DNA of 64,000 nt. It comes from Paecilomyces variotii (Eukaryota). The position numbers were made by a program, and so were the translations under genes. Below are positions 50,846 to 63,657 of the stretch, one piece after another (positions within the stretch are counted from its first letter, which is position 1; the number at the start of each line of letters is the position of its first letter). The DNA lies in the NCBI GenBank assembly GCA_004022145.1, contig RCNU01000006.1; one strand, given 5' to 3'. The notes under the pieces were generated by a model. That model worked only from the letters and a program-made list of their open reading frames with translations, was not told the DNA's origin and did not search any database.

Positions 50846-51648
50846 TCAATCAACATTATAAACATACTCGCGCGCGAGGAAGCCGGTGGCATTGAACGCG
50901 CGCCGTTCCGCGACAAAGTCTTTCAATTGTTCGAAATTGCGACACTGTCGAGTAACGCCGCTTCCAAGGTGGGCGTTCATTTTACCCTCGGCCGGTTCTA
51001 TAGTCGTGTCCGCAGCACAAGTGATACTTTGCTGGAGATAGTCGAAACAATGTGATAAATGAGCCGCACGGTTTTTGCCGAGGTCAAATGGTTGAATGTC
51101 GTCGGACTGTGAATAGTAGGCTCGTCGTATGACATACAGACAGTGTAGTTGATGGAAGACGGTAGGGATGGAGACTTGGGGGGCAAGACTTTCATCTTTG
51201 AAATAGCCCAGTCCGTCTGGGTTGCAGTGGGTATATGTTAGCGATCGAAGCGTAGAAGAGAGGGAGACTGCTTAGGATCAGTTCAAGACTTACTGGGAAC
51301 CAAAGAGTCCCAAATTGGTTCTGCTATCTGTCCTGCGCCCTCGCCCTGCGGTGGCTCCTCCGAAAAGGGAGTGGGATAAGTGAATTCTCCTGGGATGTTC
51401 TGCAGTGGGATGCGGGGTGCAAGGTGATTGAAAGCATGGCAATTTATGATCATGGCGTGGATGCGGATCGACAGGACTCCCGCAACAAAGCCCAGAATCG
51501 CAGCAAAAATCGTCCAGCCTGCAATCTTCCGAGTACTGGGTTCTCGTAGGGGATACATTCGTGGCGCACGAAGTCCATCCTCTAGAGTTTCATCCGATGG
51601 TGAATCGAGACGTTCATATTTTGGTGGTCTATCGTGTGCCGAAAGCAT
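50846..51648 (-). CDS. UstYa-family (DUF3328) oxidase; one intron ~51220-51292
   Basis: N-terminal TM helix, WDSLVP, exon 2 with two HxxHC motifs (FHQLHCL and HLSHCFDYLQQSITCAADTTIEP), then RQCRNFEQL. Confidence 0.88.
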
Positions 51649-52582
51649 GGCTGATGAATGCTGTATGCAGTTCTAGATGAGTATGAACAAAAAGAAAGAT
51701 GATCAATCGAGTTAACCAGAGAGAGTCTTTTGTCTGCGACATGCCCCGGTTTCGAGGGGTACAAATCTCAGTCGGAAGTTGGCCGATGCGCTGCAAGCAC
51801 CCTAATTATAGGAAACACAATTAGTCTAGGACTCTAGGCTATCTACCAGGTTCCTCACTAGTCCAGCTGTCGTTAGCTTCTTAAGAAAAAGACTTACGCA
51901 GCCTCCAAAGCATTCGGCAAGGCGGCTGTGAAACCCTAACGTCCGTAACCGACCTTAGTTTAGTGCAAGACGCGCACGCGACGGCTATCTATCCTCGATC
52001 GGGCGATATTGAAGTTTTTTTTTTGCATCCATCCAGCAATTTCTCCTACTCTTTTCCATGGTAACCTGGTCCTGTTCCTAACCGCTTCAGCGAAAGTGTC
52101 CACTATCTATCCTCTTTCATTTACGCGGCCGTTCTTGGCGTTTCTACCCCGGGATTCCAGAAAATGTTGCCCAGGCTCGAATTTGCTCAAATTGATCTCG
52201 CTCCTTTGCCAAGCCGATTCCGGTCTTATGGAGACTTTCGTGGGCATTAAAAAAAAAGATAACAGTCCTTCAGCATCTGGACGGTATATCTATGCCCTAA
52301 TCCATTTTCTGCATCCGGCCCGTTATTAAGGGCTTTAGGAGAGGGGATACGTGTCGACTCCAAGGATCGAGTGAACCCGAGTGATTCAACGGCCGGGCAA
52401 AAAATGGATGTAGAAAAAAGTGATGCTAGTAATTGAATAGCATAGGTCCCGAATCAACGAAAATAGAACAAGTAGACCTCCATTAGAAGGTCTGCTCTCT
52501 TTATAGTTCGCAGTCCTATTCATAATTGGATCGGAAATGGCCATTCATTGCACATAGTACACTTATATCCATATAATCTCAA

Positions 52583-54526
52583 CTAGGACGTCTTAGGAAG
52601 AGTTTCTCTTAACGCCCGCGGTGAGATACTCTTTACTTCACCCGTCGTCGGATCCAGCTCGAAGAGAAACTCGTCAAGTCCCACATTTCCATAGTTAGAC
52701 TGGTCTACTAGCTCCCAGGTTGAACAAGATTTGGTGAAGGGACCTGTTCCAGAACCTGCATCCGACGGTGACACGAAGATAGCTCTGAATGAAACTTGAG
52801 ATGGGGTGCGCAGCCCTGTAGGGTTAAGGTGGATGACTGGATTGGAGATACCCGAGAGAGCAGACGATGATACGACATCGAACATGTCCACGGAGTTGCT
52901 GATCCATTTATCAACTCTCAAACCGGGACCGTCATCTATGGAGATCGAGATGGAGGAATTGCTTGTCGCCGTAACAGACTCGTAGGTACCAGCATAAGTT
53001 GTGTTCGCTTCAACTTTGGCTGCCTGCTCAAGAGCAGGGAGTAGTTGTGCGGAGATGAGATTGGAGAGCACAGCAACAAGACTTGTTGTGTCATCGCCTG
53101 CAGCGAGGATCGTGAACCCTACCCCGTGGTCTGGTGACAGGGCTGTCGATGATGAATAGCTTCCAAAGTCTCCAGCTTTCGTGTACAGGTCAATCACGCG
53201 CCCGTTTCCTTGAAAGCTGTATATTTCCCACGGTGCACCCACGGAGGAGTCGATCGAGCCTGTGTGGGTGACTGGTCTCATCCATCGCCGAGTCAGGGCC
53301 GGAGAGATCAGTGTGTTATTCAGTATGGCTCGGCCGAGCGTAGTCATATCTTTCGTTGAGGAATACAGACCTCCGGCTCTATGTTGAAGATCCAACGATA
53401 CTTCTAGTCAGACAAATAAGAGAGTTTGTATAGAGAGATTCCCACTTACGGAGTTTCATCACCTGCAGGTATATTCCATCCACTTGACGTCGCATCGCCT
53501 GGAATAACTCCGTACTGATCAGGTGGTGTGGAGATGTATGATCTGGTCATGTTGAGAGGCTCGAGAATGTGTTTAGATAGCAACGACCCGTATGTATGCC
53601 CTGATATAGCTTCCAACACATACGAAAGAATCTGAATGGCAGCATTGGAATAGATCGGTGTGAACGATGTTGGAGCCATAGGATGTGTCTTCGTTATCCC
53701 TTCAAAGAACTCTGGCCAAGGCTAGCAGCTTCATGAGACGAATCCAGATGATTCATTTGTACGTACGAGACCTGTTGCACGGCGCGATGGAGCCACAAGG
53801 AGGTATTTCAGATTTTGGAAGTTGGGGAAACCCATATTTCGTCAAGGAAGGGGCGGTAAGAGACAAGTCCAGGAATCCGTCTTGATCTTCGTGTTAGAAC
53901 TATTCATGATATTTATTGTAGAAGAGGGCTACTGGAGACATCCGTATACGTATAGGAATGAACTTACAGTCTCTGCCCAGACCAGCCAGATGAGATGCTA
54001 GCTCAAGTACAGTTATATCTTCCCATCTTGTGAAATCAACTAGGACATTCCTTTCAGTGGTATTTCCAGCTGTGTTGCGGGCAGCCTTTCGCAGTTCGGG
54101 GATATATTCGGTGATCGGATTGTTGAAGTGTTTTTCACCATCAGCGATTAGGAACAAGAGAAGCGTCCAGAGCTTTGATCCACTTCCAATTCGAAATACA
54201 GTATCCTCGTCAACGGTATGTACACCACTTGAAGCGTTACTCGTTAATGGTGCAGTGTGATAATATTCAAATAGCGGGTTGGTTTTGGAAGCCGAATATA
54301 TTTGAATGGTGAAAGAGTTGGTATCGTCAAGGATAGAAGAGGCGGACGAATTCGCCGCCGCCTGGACGAGCTCATCAAGTGTCTGAGTTATATTCCGAGA
54401 TGCGATGTTGAATGCTTCTGATGTGACTGGATTGACAGCGGGTGGGAATACAGGTCCAAGAAGGGGGCAGTATTGAACTGCCTCCGCAGTGGCAAGGACG
54501 TATGAGAATAGCAAACTTCTTTTCAT
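52583..54526 (-). CDS. Secreted beta-lactamase / serine-peptidase family protein, multi-exon
   Basis: Signal peptide, CPLLGPVFP, FRIGSGSKL (SxxK), LASHLAG, PIYSN, GGLYSS, GAPWEI and YTKAGD motifs across introns. Confidence 0.87.
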
Positions 54527-54903
54527 ATTGAATTGACGGAAAATATGGATGGATTAGAACGCAGAAAGGAAGTAGAGAATTCCGATGAAGTAGCCCAATT
54601 CTATTGAGATATAGCTGTCTAAGTCAATATTTATGTCGCTTGAAACCCCCAAAGCATCCTGCGCCTGTCTATTTATATGCGAGATGCCCAATAAGATTCC
54701 ATCTAATACGAAGTATACCACAAGGCGTCCAGCTACACTACCTACTTTCTCACATGATACGTCAAAAACATCCGATTTGGCCAATCACGATACTGTTAGG
54801 ACGTTAGCGAGAAGATCTAGTCACTGAACGACACCAAGAAACCAGTGGAGGCTTAGCTCCTACTCTAGTATGGACTATGGAGTATGGAGTAATTACATGG
54901 GAC

Positions 54904-54996
54904 TAGTCTTGGCATTGAGTTGACTGAGTTGTATGTACCTACTTTCAGGCGTCCAACTTGGGGCCGAAAGTTGAACTCAACTCAATGCCAACACTA
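54904..54996. mobile_element. 93-bp MITE-like element with hAT-type TIRs
   Basis: Left TAGTCTTGGCATTGAGTTGA; right TCAACTCAATGCCAACACTA, whose reverse complement matches the left end at 19 of 20 positions; no TSD visible. Confidence 0.7.
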
Positions 54997-55120
54997 GCTA
55001 ACTATTATTCGCGGATATTTAAGGGATTAGGTAGTATATAGTGCCGGAGTTGGATATGAAGCTAGACTGTGCACATCTTATCTCTATTATCACTGCCGGA
55101 TCTACTGAATTAATTAGTTT

Positions 55121-58100
55121 TAATGTTGGCATTGAGTTAAGTCCAAGCTCAACTCGGCTCCGAGGCATGATTGGAGCTAAGGAGGCGAGAAGTAACAGGT
55201 GGGAAGTTGCCAGCACTCGACCTACCTAACTAATTACTTAGTTTCACTAGTCTAATTTCGCGTTATTAGGGGGTTGGCTAAAGGTATCCAAAGCTATATA
55301 TTAGGCTTAGCCCATTACATTAGTAGAGCAATATAAAGAATAAAATAAGTTTATAATATACTCCATAAATTAATTCCTGACCTTATTCCATCCTATGTTA
55401 TAGGGTATTAATTCGCGGCCGTAATTTTGGGCGATTTTGGCGGGCGATTGGCGCCCGACCCGGGGTCGGGCAGGATATAAGTTACCATACTAGGTTATTA
55501 TTCACCAATGATTGACCTAACTAGCTCTTACCTCCAGGGCTGAAGCTAATTATTGCTTATTCGGGCCCCCTCAGATGAGGCTCACTTCCTTTGCCACTTC
55601 AGCTCCTTAAAGTCTTTAATATTGCCTGCTAATCCTTCTCGCCCGATTTTGTCTTTGAATACAATACAGAGACTGAGGCAGCATGCGTGACACCGGAGGA
55701 GGTTTCAACGAAAGAGAGGCTAAGCGACCCAAGTACGAGCCAGGCCAGGATTTGCTGCGATCATCAGCACTGAAGGCATTTACCCATACCGACTACACAG
55801 TGGGATGGATCTGTCCACTACAGATAGAGCTTATTGCAGCTCTCGAGATGTTGGATGAGGAGCATGCAAAGCTGCCGCAGCAACCTGCGGACCACAACGT
55901 CTATCATTTGGGTAGTATTTCAGGCCATAATGTCGTTATTGCCGGGATGTGGCAGGCTGGAAATCCTACAGCCGCAACCGTCGTTGCACAGATGCGAATG
56001 ACATTTCCCAATATCCGATTTGGCCTGCTGGTTGGCATTGGAGATGGCGTCCCCGTTGTGACAGAACATGGGATGATTCGACTTGGCCATGTGGTGGTCA
56101 GTAAGCCAACAGGGCAGTCATCTGGTGCTATCCAATATGACCGTGGAAAGGCGGAAGATGGTATATTTGTGCGAACTGGCGCTTTAGCTCTGCCACCGCC
56201 AGTTCTCCTTCTGGCTGCAGATTCCCTAGGCGCCCAGCGTGCTCGTTCAAGAGAAGACCCATTGCTACAGAACATCCAACGTATTGACACCAGCCTCCCT
56301 GGGCTGCGCTGCTATAAATTCCCCGGCAACAACAAAGACTACCTTTTTCCGGCCGAATACAAACATCTTCGTCCTCGAACATCATGCGAGGCGGGTCAAT
56401 GTGACCTATCCCAACAGATTTTTCGGGATGAAGACGAGATATATGCGGCAGATAAGTGGATTACCGTTCATCGAGGCACGATCGCTTCTGGGGAGGTCGT
56501 ACTCAAGGATGCCGTGAAGCGAGATCTTCTAGGCCAAGAAAGTGGAGTTCTATGCTTTGAAATGGAAGGTGCTGGCGCATTAAGTGATTTTCCATGTCTT
56601 GTGATCCGCGGCATCTCAGACTACTGCGACTCGCATAAGAATGACGAGTGGCATGGCTTTGCTTCAGCTGCCGCGGCTGCCTACGCGAGGCAGCTCTTTT
56701 TTCACATGCCGATAGACAAGGTAAGGTAGTGAGCATAATACATTCCCAATTCCTGCACCGATACACTGACTAATTATAGAAGCTAAGTCTAGTACCTGTT
56801 GACGATCCTGGGATAAAGAGGATAGTTGGAAGAAGCGATGACGAGGAACGACACAAAATTGTCGAATGGATTTCATCAACCAATTACACAACCTCCCAAG
56901 CTGACATTCTGTCTCAAAGATGTGAAGGAACTGGACAGTGGCTACTAGACGTACCCGAATTTGGTGATTGGGTAAAGAAGAAAGGAATACTCTATTGTCC
57001 TGGCATTCCTGGAGCTGGAAAAACTACATTGGTGTCTATCGTCATCAACCATCTTCAAGAGATCTTTGCCAAGAATCAACAAGTCGTTGTTGCGTATATC
57101 TTCTGTGACTATCGAGAACAATCTAAGCAGAAGCTGAACAACATACTTGGAGCGATTTTGAAACAGCTTGTCCAGCCAATGGAAACCCTCCCAGATGATT
57201 TGAACATGTTATACAAGTCTCATCAAGCCACTGGATCAACACTGCAGAGGAATGAGCTGACCGAGCTACTCATTTCAGTCGCAAATTACTACTCTCGGGT
57301 TTATCTTGTCATCGACGCATTAGATGAATGCCCAGACTCGGATGGAACACGGAGTACATTTATATCTCATCTACTCAAACTTCAGAAAAACTGCAATGTC
57401 AATCTCCTCGCAACTTCAAGGTTCATTCCAGATATAACGGCGAGGTTCGGACATTTCCCTTCCGTGGAGGTCCGAGCTAGCGATGCAGATGTGGCGTTGT
57501 ATACAGAGGGGCGTATACATGAGTTCAACTGTGTGCGAAAAAACCCAGCACTTTCTAAGCTTGTTGTTTCATCCATTACCAAGACCTCTGATGGAATGTA
57601 GGATTGCCCTATGAAGATTAAGCCTACCTTGCGGCGGAAAATTTGGCTTACTTTATACCTAGGTTCCTCCTCGCAAAGCTCTACTTGAATTCCCTGAAAG
57701 GTGAACCCTCTGTCAAATCGATCAAATCTGCTCTCAGCAGACTCCAATCTGGGTCAGGAGCATATGATAATGCATACCAAAAGGTTATGGAGCGAATTGA
57801 GCATCAAATTGCTGGACAGGCAAGTCTTGCTAAGAGATTGTTATCGTGGCTTACTTGTGCCCGGCGCTCCCTCACTTTGACAGAGCTTCAACATGCTCTT
57901 GCTGTGGAGACTGATCAGAGCTTTTTTGATGAAGAGAATCTTCCAGACATTGAAGACATGATCTCTGTCTGCGCTGGCTTAGTGACCTATAGCGAAGAAA
58001 GCCATATAATTGCGCTGGTTCATTACACGGCAAAAGAATACTTTGAAAGAGAATGGTCTTCCTGGTTTCCCCATGCCCAGGGTAATATAGGTAGGATATG

Positions 58101-61100
58101 TGTGACCTATCTCTGCTATGACTCGTTTGAATCTGGATGTTGCGAGACATTGGAAGATTATGAAGAGAGGTGTCGTCGATATCCTCTCTACAATTATGCC
58201 GCATCGAACTGGGGTTTCCATGCACAAAGGCAACGCCTTGATCACGAGCTTGTTTTTCAATTACTGGAAAATGATAAAAAGCGAGCAGCATGTGCGCAAT
58301 CTCTGATTTGGTCCGATCATACCTACGGGATCGAGTTTTGGAAAATCCCCAAAGATACCACAGCGCTCCAGCTGACGGTCGAGTTGGGCCTTCTCTACGA
58401 AACAGAGTACCTACTAAAAAGTCACCATGATGTTAATGTCCACTCAGATTTCTTCGACACTCCGATTATAACGGCCATTAGTAGTGGCAACGAAGACTTG
58501 GTACGCCTTTTGCTCCGCCACGGGGCGTGTCCTGGCGATATGAGTGATTTTGGAGCAACTTTGGTCTCCATTTCAGCAAGCATGGGTCATGAGGCTCTCC
58601 TCGGCCTCGCCCTCGAACTGGGTGTAGATCCCGAACTTGGTGACAGGAATGACCGCAGCCCTCTCTCATATGCAGCGGAAAATGGCCACGTCAAAGCCGC
58701 TAAGATGCTGTTAGATGCAAAAGCAGATATCGAAAGAAAGGATAAATGGAATGGTAGGACACCCTTGGCCTGGGCAGCTGCCAACGGCCAACAGGCTGTT
58801 GTCCGTCTGTTACTTGAAGCAGGTGCTCGACCTGATACTAAGACCACCGGAAGTGCGATATATCACGTCGCGCGGACACCTCTTTCTCTCGCTGCCCAAA
58901 ACGGAAAGAGAGAAGTCGTGGAGCTATTACTGGAAAAAAATGTTGATCCAGACGAACCCGATGCCAACGGTCGAACGCCACTTTCGTGGGCTGCCGGGGA
59001 GGGCCATCTAGATATAGTCCGAGATCTCCTCGCCGCGGGTGCAAATATAGATCGAATGGATGCACCGAAAGATGGGTTGCTGTGTTTTGGTCGTACGCCG
59101 CTGGGATGGGCAACGCGCTCGTCCCAACAAGCTGTCGTTGAGCTTTTGCTGGAAAAGGGGGCGAATCCTAATTCATTTACTGAGGAGTCACCATTATCAA
59201 CTGCTGTCCAATCAAAAGATGCGCAGTTGGTTGAGCTGTTACTCAGATATGGAGCAGATCCCAACCCAAATAATCGTCTGCGTCATTCAGACATTCTTGG
59301 ATATGCCATTCTTGTCAAGGACAGAAGGATGCTAAGATCTCTGGTGAGATATGGGGCCCAACCTGAAGCTACTACGACTCGTGATGATGCATTATCATGG
59401 GCGGCTAGGAAAGGTCATACCTTGTTTGTCGAAATGCTTCTAGAAGAGGGTGCTGATATCAATACGAGAGACCCACAAAGTGGAGATACTCCCCTATCAT
59501 ATGCTGTGATAAACAAACACGAGGAAGTCGCTGCACTCCTAATCGAGAAGGGAGCTGGTGTTGATGTCCAAGATTGGAATAACCAAACAGCATTGTCAAA
59601 GGCAGCAAAACGAGGAACCACAAACGTGGTCACGCTCCTGCTTGAGAGAGGCGCAAATATCGGATCCAGAGATAACTTCGGCCAGACACCACTTTTTCAT
59701 GCCCTCGAGCATGGGAACGAGAGAGTCGTTGAGCTTCTACTCGAGAAAGACCCTACTCTATTCCACAGCCGCGATGAGGTTGGCCGTAGTGCTCTCTTGA
59801 TTGCTACAGAGAATCGACTGGAGGCAGTCCTGCGGCTTACTAGAGAGACCCAAGAGCATTCCGAGATACTTACTAGGGAGCTGGGAGCCGTTCTCCGCAC
59901 CATATCCTCGCCACAATACGATCTAACGCAGAGCAAGAGCAGGAAATTATTTCTATGGGCGGCTAAATATGGTCACATGGAGGTGATTGAATTTCTAGCG
60001 GGAAAAGGCATCAGTTACGTCTGCGAAGATGAGTTTGGAACAACATCTTTAAATTTGGCTGTCAGAAACAGCCAAGCTGCTGTGATCGAATTTTTACTGA
60101 AGGAAGGTATTCAGCTAAATACGGTAGATGGTTCAGGCTACGCTCCGCTTTCATGGGCTTTTATCGACAATAATGATACCATCGCTTGCTTTCTATTGTC
60201 AAAAGGTGCAGACCCTCATAAACCCGTCAAAATTAGACCAAGTCTGAATGCCGGGCGTCTGAATTCCCCTTTATTCTTGGCTGTCAGACGAGGATTCGAA
60301 AGAACTGTTAAACTCCTTCTGCAAATGGGGGCCGATCCAAACTCGTCTATCACCGTTGGGTCACAGTTTGATGTATTGTCTCTGGCACAATGTATCCCTG
60401 GGAGTGTCTTATCCACTGCTGTAGGCAATGGAAACTACAGCATCGTCGAGGCGCTCTTAGATCGCGGTATCGATAATGGTCTCTGTCATGATAGCCTTAT
60501 CTTGGCAATGCAGTTCCGCGATACGCCGCTTGTTTCTCTCATCATGCGAAAGGGAATTCGGGAAAATTGGCTAATTGAAGAATATGGACAATCTGTCTTG
60601 TTCTGTGCAGTATTTTTTGGTCATATTGATGTGGTGCAAAGCCTGCTGGATGCAGGCATGGACGCCAATACGCGGCCCACAAAGCGTTCTATTGACTTTC
60701 CCCGAAGAAATAGAAGGAGGGGGCAGCATTGGGAGCAGCGTGCGGGTGGAAATGTCACTCCATTGCGGTTTGCTGCGCAGGAGGGTCACGAGGCGGTCGT
60801 TAGAGCCCTTCTGGACAAGAAAGCGGACCTGGATGTCGGATCACCATTGCAGTGTGCAATCGATCATGGCCATGCAACAGTGGTCGAGCTCTTGTTGCAA
60901 CATGGAGCGAGGATGGATATTCAAGATCGTGGCTCTCTTCTCTTGCAAGCCGCCCGAAAAGGTCATCATGACTTGCTCAAATTTTTACTCAGAAAGGGTC
61001 TCCATTCGGAGTCAGAAGCCTCTAATAAAGGGTGCTTAGTCCTTGAAGCGGCCTCAAACAAGCATATTGATGTCGTTCGTGTTCTCCTTGAAGAGGGGAT

Positions 61101-62913
61101 AGATCCAAATTCCGTCGATAAGATCGGTCGAAATGGGTTGATATTGGCAGCAGAAAAAGGACGACCCGACATCGTGGATATTTTGCTTGATTACGGTGTT
61201 AGTGCGAAATCTGCAGATTATCTTGGACGCACTCCGTTGTTCCTCGCAGCAGTGACACGGAATGTTCCTGTTGTTAAAACTCTTCTTGAAAAAGGAAATG
61301 CGGATCCGCAAAGCACGACATGTGCTGGACGTTCCCCCCTGTCCGTGGCCCATGATTTCAAGTTTCACGAATTGATTTGGCTTCTAAACGGAAAGAAAAA
61401 CGGGAGTTCCTGTCCTGAAGAGCACAATTTAGGTACACCTGTTGATAATTACTGGATCTGCGATACTTGTGAACGCCCTCTCTCTGAGATGGAGTGTTTT
61501 TCCCGCTGTTCAATTTGTCAAAACTGCGAGTACGAAAGTCCATTGCATGTATGCATGGAGTGTGTTGCTGGGCAGTTAGGCTGCTATGATAAGTTACATA
61601 CCTTGGAGAGAGTGGTTTTAATTGAGGGTAGACCGATTACCATTGACAAAACTTCCAGGTGGCGCCAGCATACATTGCCGTTTCACCCTGCTCCTAATCT
61701 GCCACTATAAAATCAGTCTGGATTAGCCTCCTTTGAATATATCGCGACTATGTAGTACTTGAACAAACTTATGGCTCTCTGTTTCTACTCTCAGAAGACT
61801 ATACACCTAGATAAACCAGACAGGCTCTTTTGATGCAGGTTTATATAGCATCGCTTCTACTTCGTAAGCCTCAAACTGCCCCCTTTGTAGCCTGATCGTT
61901 ACCCTCAGTCATCATTACTTCTATGGTCGAGGCATTTGCCCCTATTTACCTCGAAGGAAAGAGTATTTATCGACCATTTATAAAAGGCTTTCAAAGCAAG
62001 AAATTGGCTTATAGCTCTTCCTAAGAGACTACGTGGATGATCAACTCAATTAAAGCAAGGTTTCAAGAGATCTAATCGAGAAGCAAAGAGCTACTTGAAC
62101 AGTCACTATCAAATCTGTTTTCTAAAGTTATCTATAATCTAGGTTTCTAACGACACTTTTCGAACAATAGCTAAGCTAAAAAAGCCTTACTCGATGGAGC
62201 TGAATTTATAACAAGACGCATTAGTCTTTCGAAATTAATAATAAGATATTATAGCTCTTGTTCAGCACAGACTTAGTAGGGTCACTAGAAGTATAACGTA
62301 GAGATCTTAATATTAACTAGAGAGAAAGTAAACCTAGCATGATGCTAGAGTTCATAGAGCAAAATATCCGACACCGCCACTGATAATTAGACTGCTAGTA
62401 GACTATGTAGCAAATATCACCTGCAAACATTTTGATCGAACTTACTCCCGAAGGGCTAAAGAATTCCTGGTTTTTTGGAATCGAAAACCTCCTTCTCCAC
62501 CATGTAAACTTCATCAATCAAAGGCCGTGGTAGCTTGTTTGTTGGTCGTGTGGTCTTCTCCGTCGTAGGACCGACCATACAGAATATACACTTTTATAAA
62601 AGGCAAAGTGTGGACTTTGACCAAGCAAGGGTACGTATGCTGACATGCCTTACGGGCCAAATAGAGCAAGTAAAGCGGGATAATCCATTGCTGACCATAG
62701 TTCGGAAGATGACATGGACACCTAGCATCCTATTAAGCAGCATATAATTCACAATATGTCTTCTCCAGAGTTCCTAGGGTTTTATGATTCAGATTGCCGT
62801 TATCGGCCTCGTCGAGGTGTGCCTCGGTGTCGCCTTAGATCAGAAGCCTAGAACTACTTGCTGGACCTAAACACTCGGTGCCGAGAGTTAAACTCAACTC
62901 AATGCCAACACTA
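55121..62913. mobile_element. Putative non-autonomous hAT-like (Pack-type) element of ~7.8 kb carrying an NLR gene
   Basis: TIRs TAATGTTGGCATTGAGTT (55121-55138) and AACTCAATGCCAACACTA (62896-62913), 17 of 18 complementary; flanks ATTAGTTT / ATTGATTT (degenerate 8-bp TSD); subterminal CTCGG-nn-CCGAG palindromes at both ends. Confidence 0.65.
55683..61710 (+). CDS. Fungal NLR-like protein: PNP_UDP effector - NACHT - ankyrin repeats - C-terminal ZZ-like zinc finger; introns ~56721-56779 and ~57598-57663
   Basis: DYTVGWIC, CFEME and IRGISDYCDSHKNDEW (PNP_UDP); Walker A GIPGAGKT and Walker B LVIDALDEC; GMFLLAKL; over 20 ANK repeats (GRTPLSWAA); WICDTC..CSIC..CMEC..H. Confidence 0.92.
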
Positions 62914-63657
62914 ATTGATTTAAAAGCTGTTCTACAGAGCTCAATTCCCTTACTATCGTACTGCTACGTATTTATAAAGGAGGGCTTAATTCCACGTGCC
63001 TTTATCCGTCCCCCTAATACAACTAGTGCTCGTACCTGCAGGCTCCCCTGCCAATTGAAATAAATATAGCGAATAACATAATGCCACCTAATCAGGTTCG
63101 GCTGCATGGTAGCGTTGTTAGTCTGATATATATGTGGGGATAAACTAACCTATCGCAGCTGTTATTGAATCAATATGGATGTAGATTTTGACTAGATGGG
63201 TTAAAGGCCCTAGATGAAGATCTTTGGCTATCTCAGGTCACAGCTTATGCGAACCCATTACATCTTCTTGGAAAGATCATTTACGAAGGATCTGGTGCTG
63301 TAGGAGGCACCACAGATAATACTACAGGAGGTCGTCGTGGAAATGAATCGAGTAGAGAGCCAAATTATCAGGACATTGATTCGCTGATTTGCTGTTTCCA
63401 AGTCCTATGATAGAGGAGTTATCGGCACTAGAATGAGGGGTATATAGTGAGCGCGCAACATATCTGCACTGTAGGCTCTTGGGTGTTGATAGAATGCTTG
63501 ATTCTCTAGGATCGAGCTTGAAGCTCCAAGCCATCCAAACTATCTTTCAAAGCATCTCACTATGCTCTACAGGGGTATGAAGTAGTTCTCAAATGGGGTC
63601 CTCAACATCATACCTATCAAATCCTCCCAAGGTAAGATTCGAGGCATCATGTTCTTC

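Noticed and set aside
61750-62760. Possible RIP-degraded transposase in the right arm of the hAT-like element
   Set aside because: The frames I translated by hand showed no hAT motifs, and stop density is about what AT-rich random DNA gives. A translated HMM search would be needed.
55124-62910. LTR-type TG...CA termini (TGTTGG...CCAACA) as a copia element
   Set aside because: The inverted match extends outward to TA[G/A] / CTA, the duplication is 8 bp rather than 5, and there are no long direct repeats or gag-pol.
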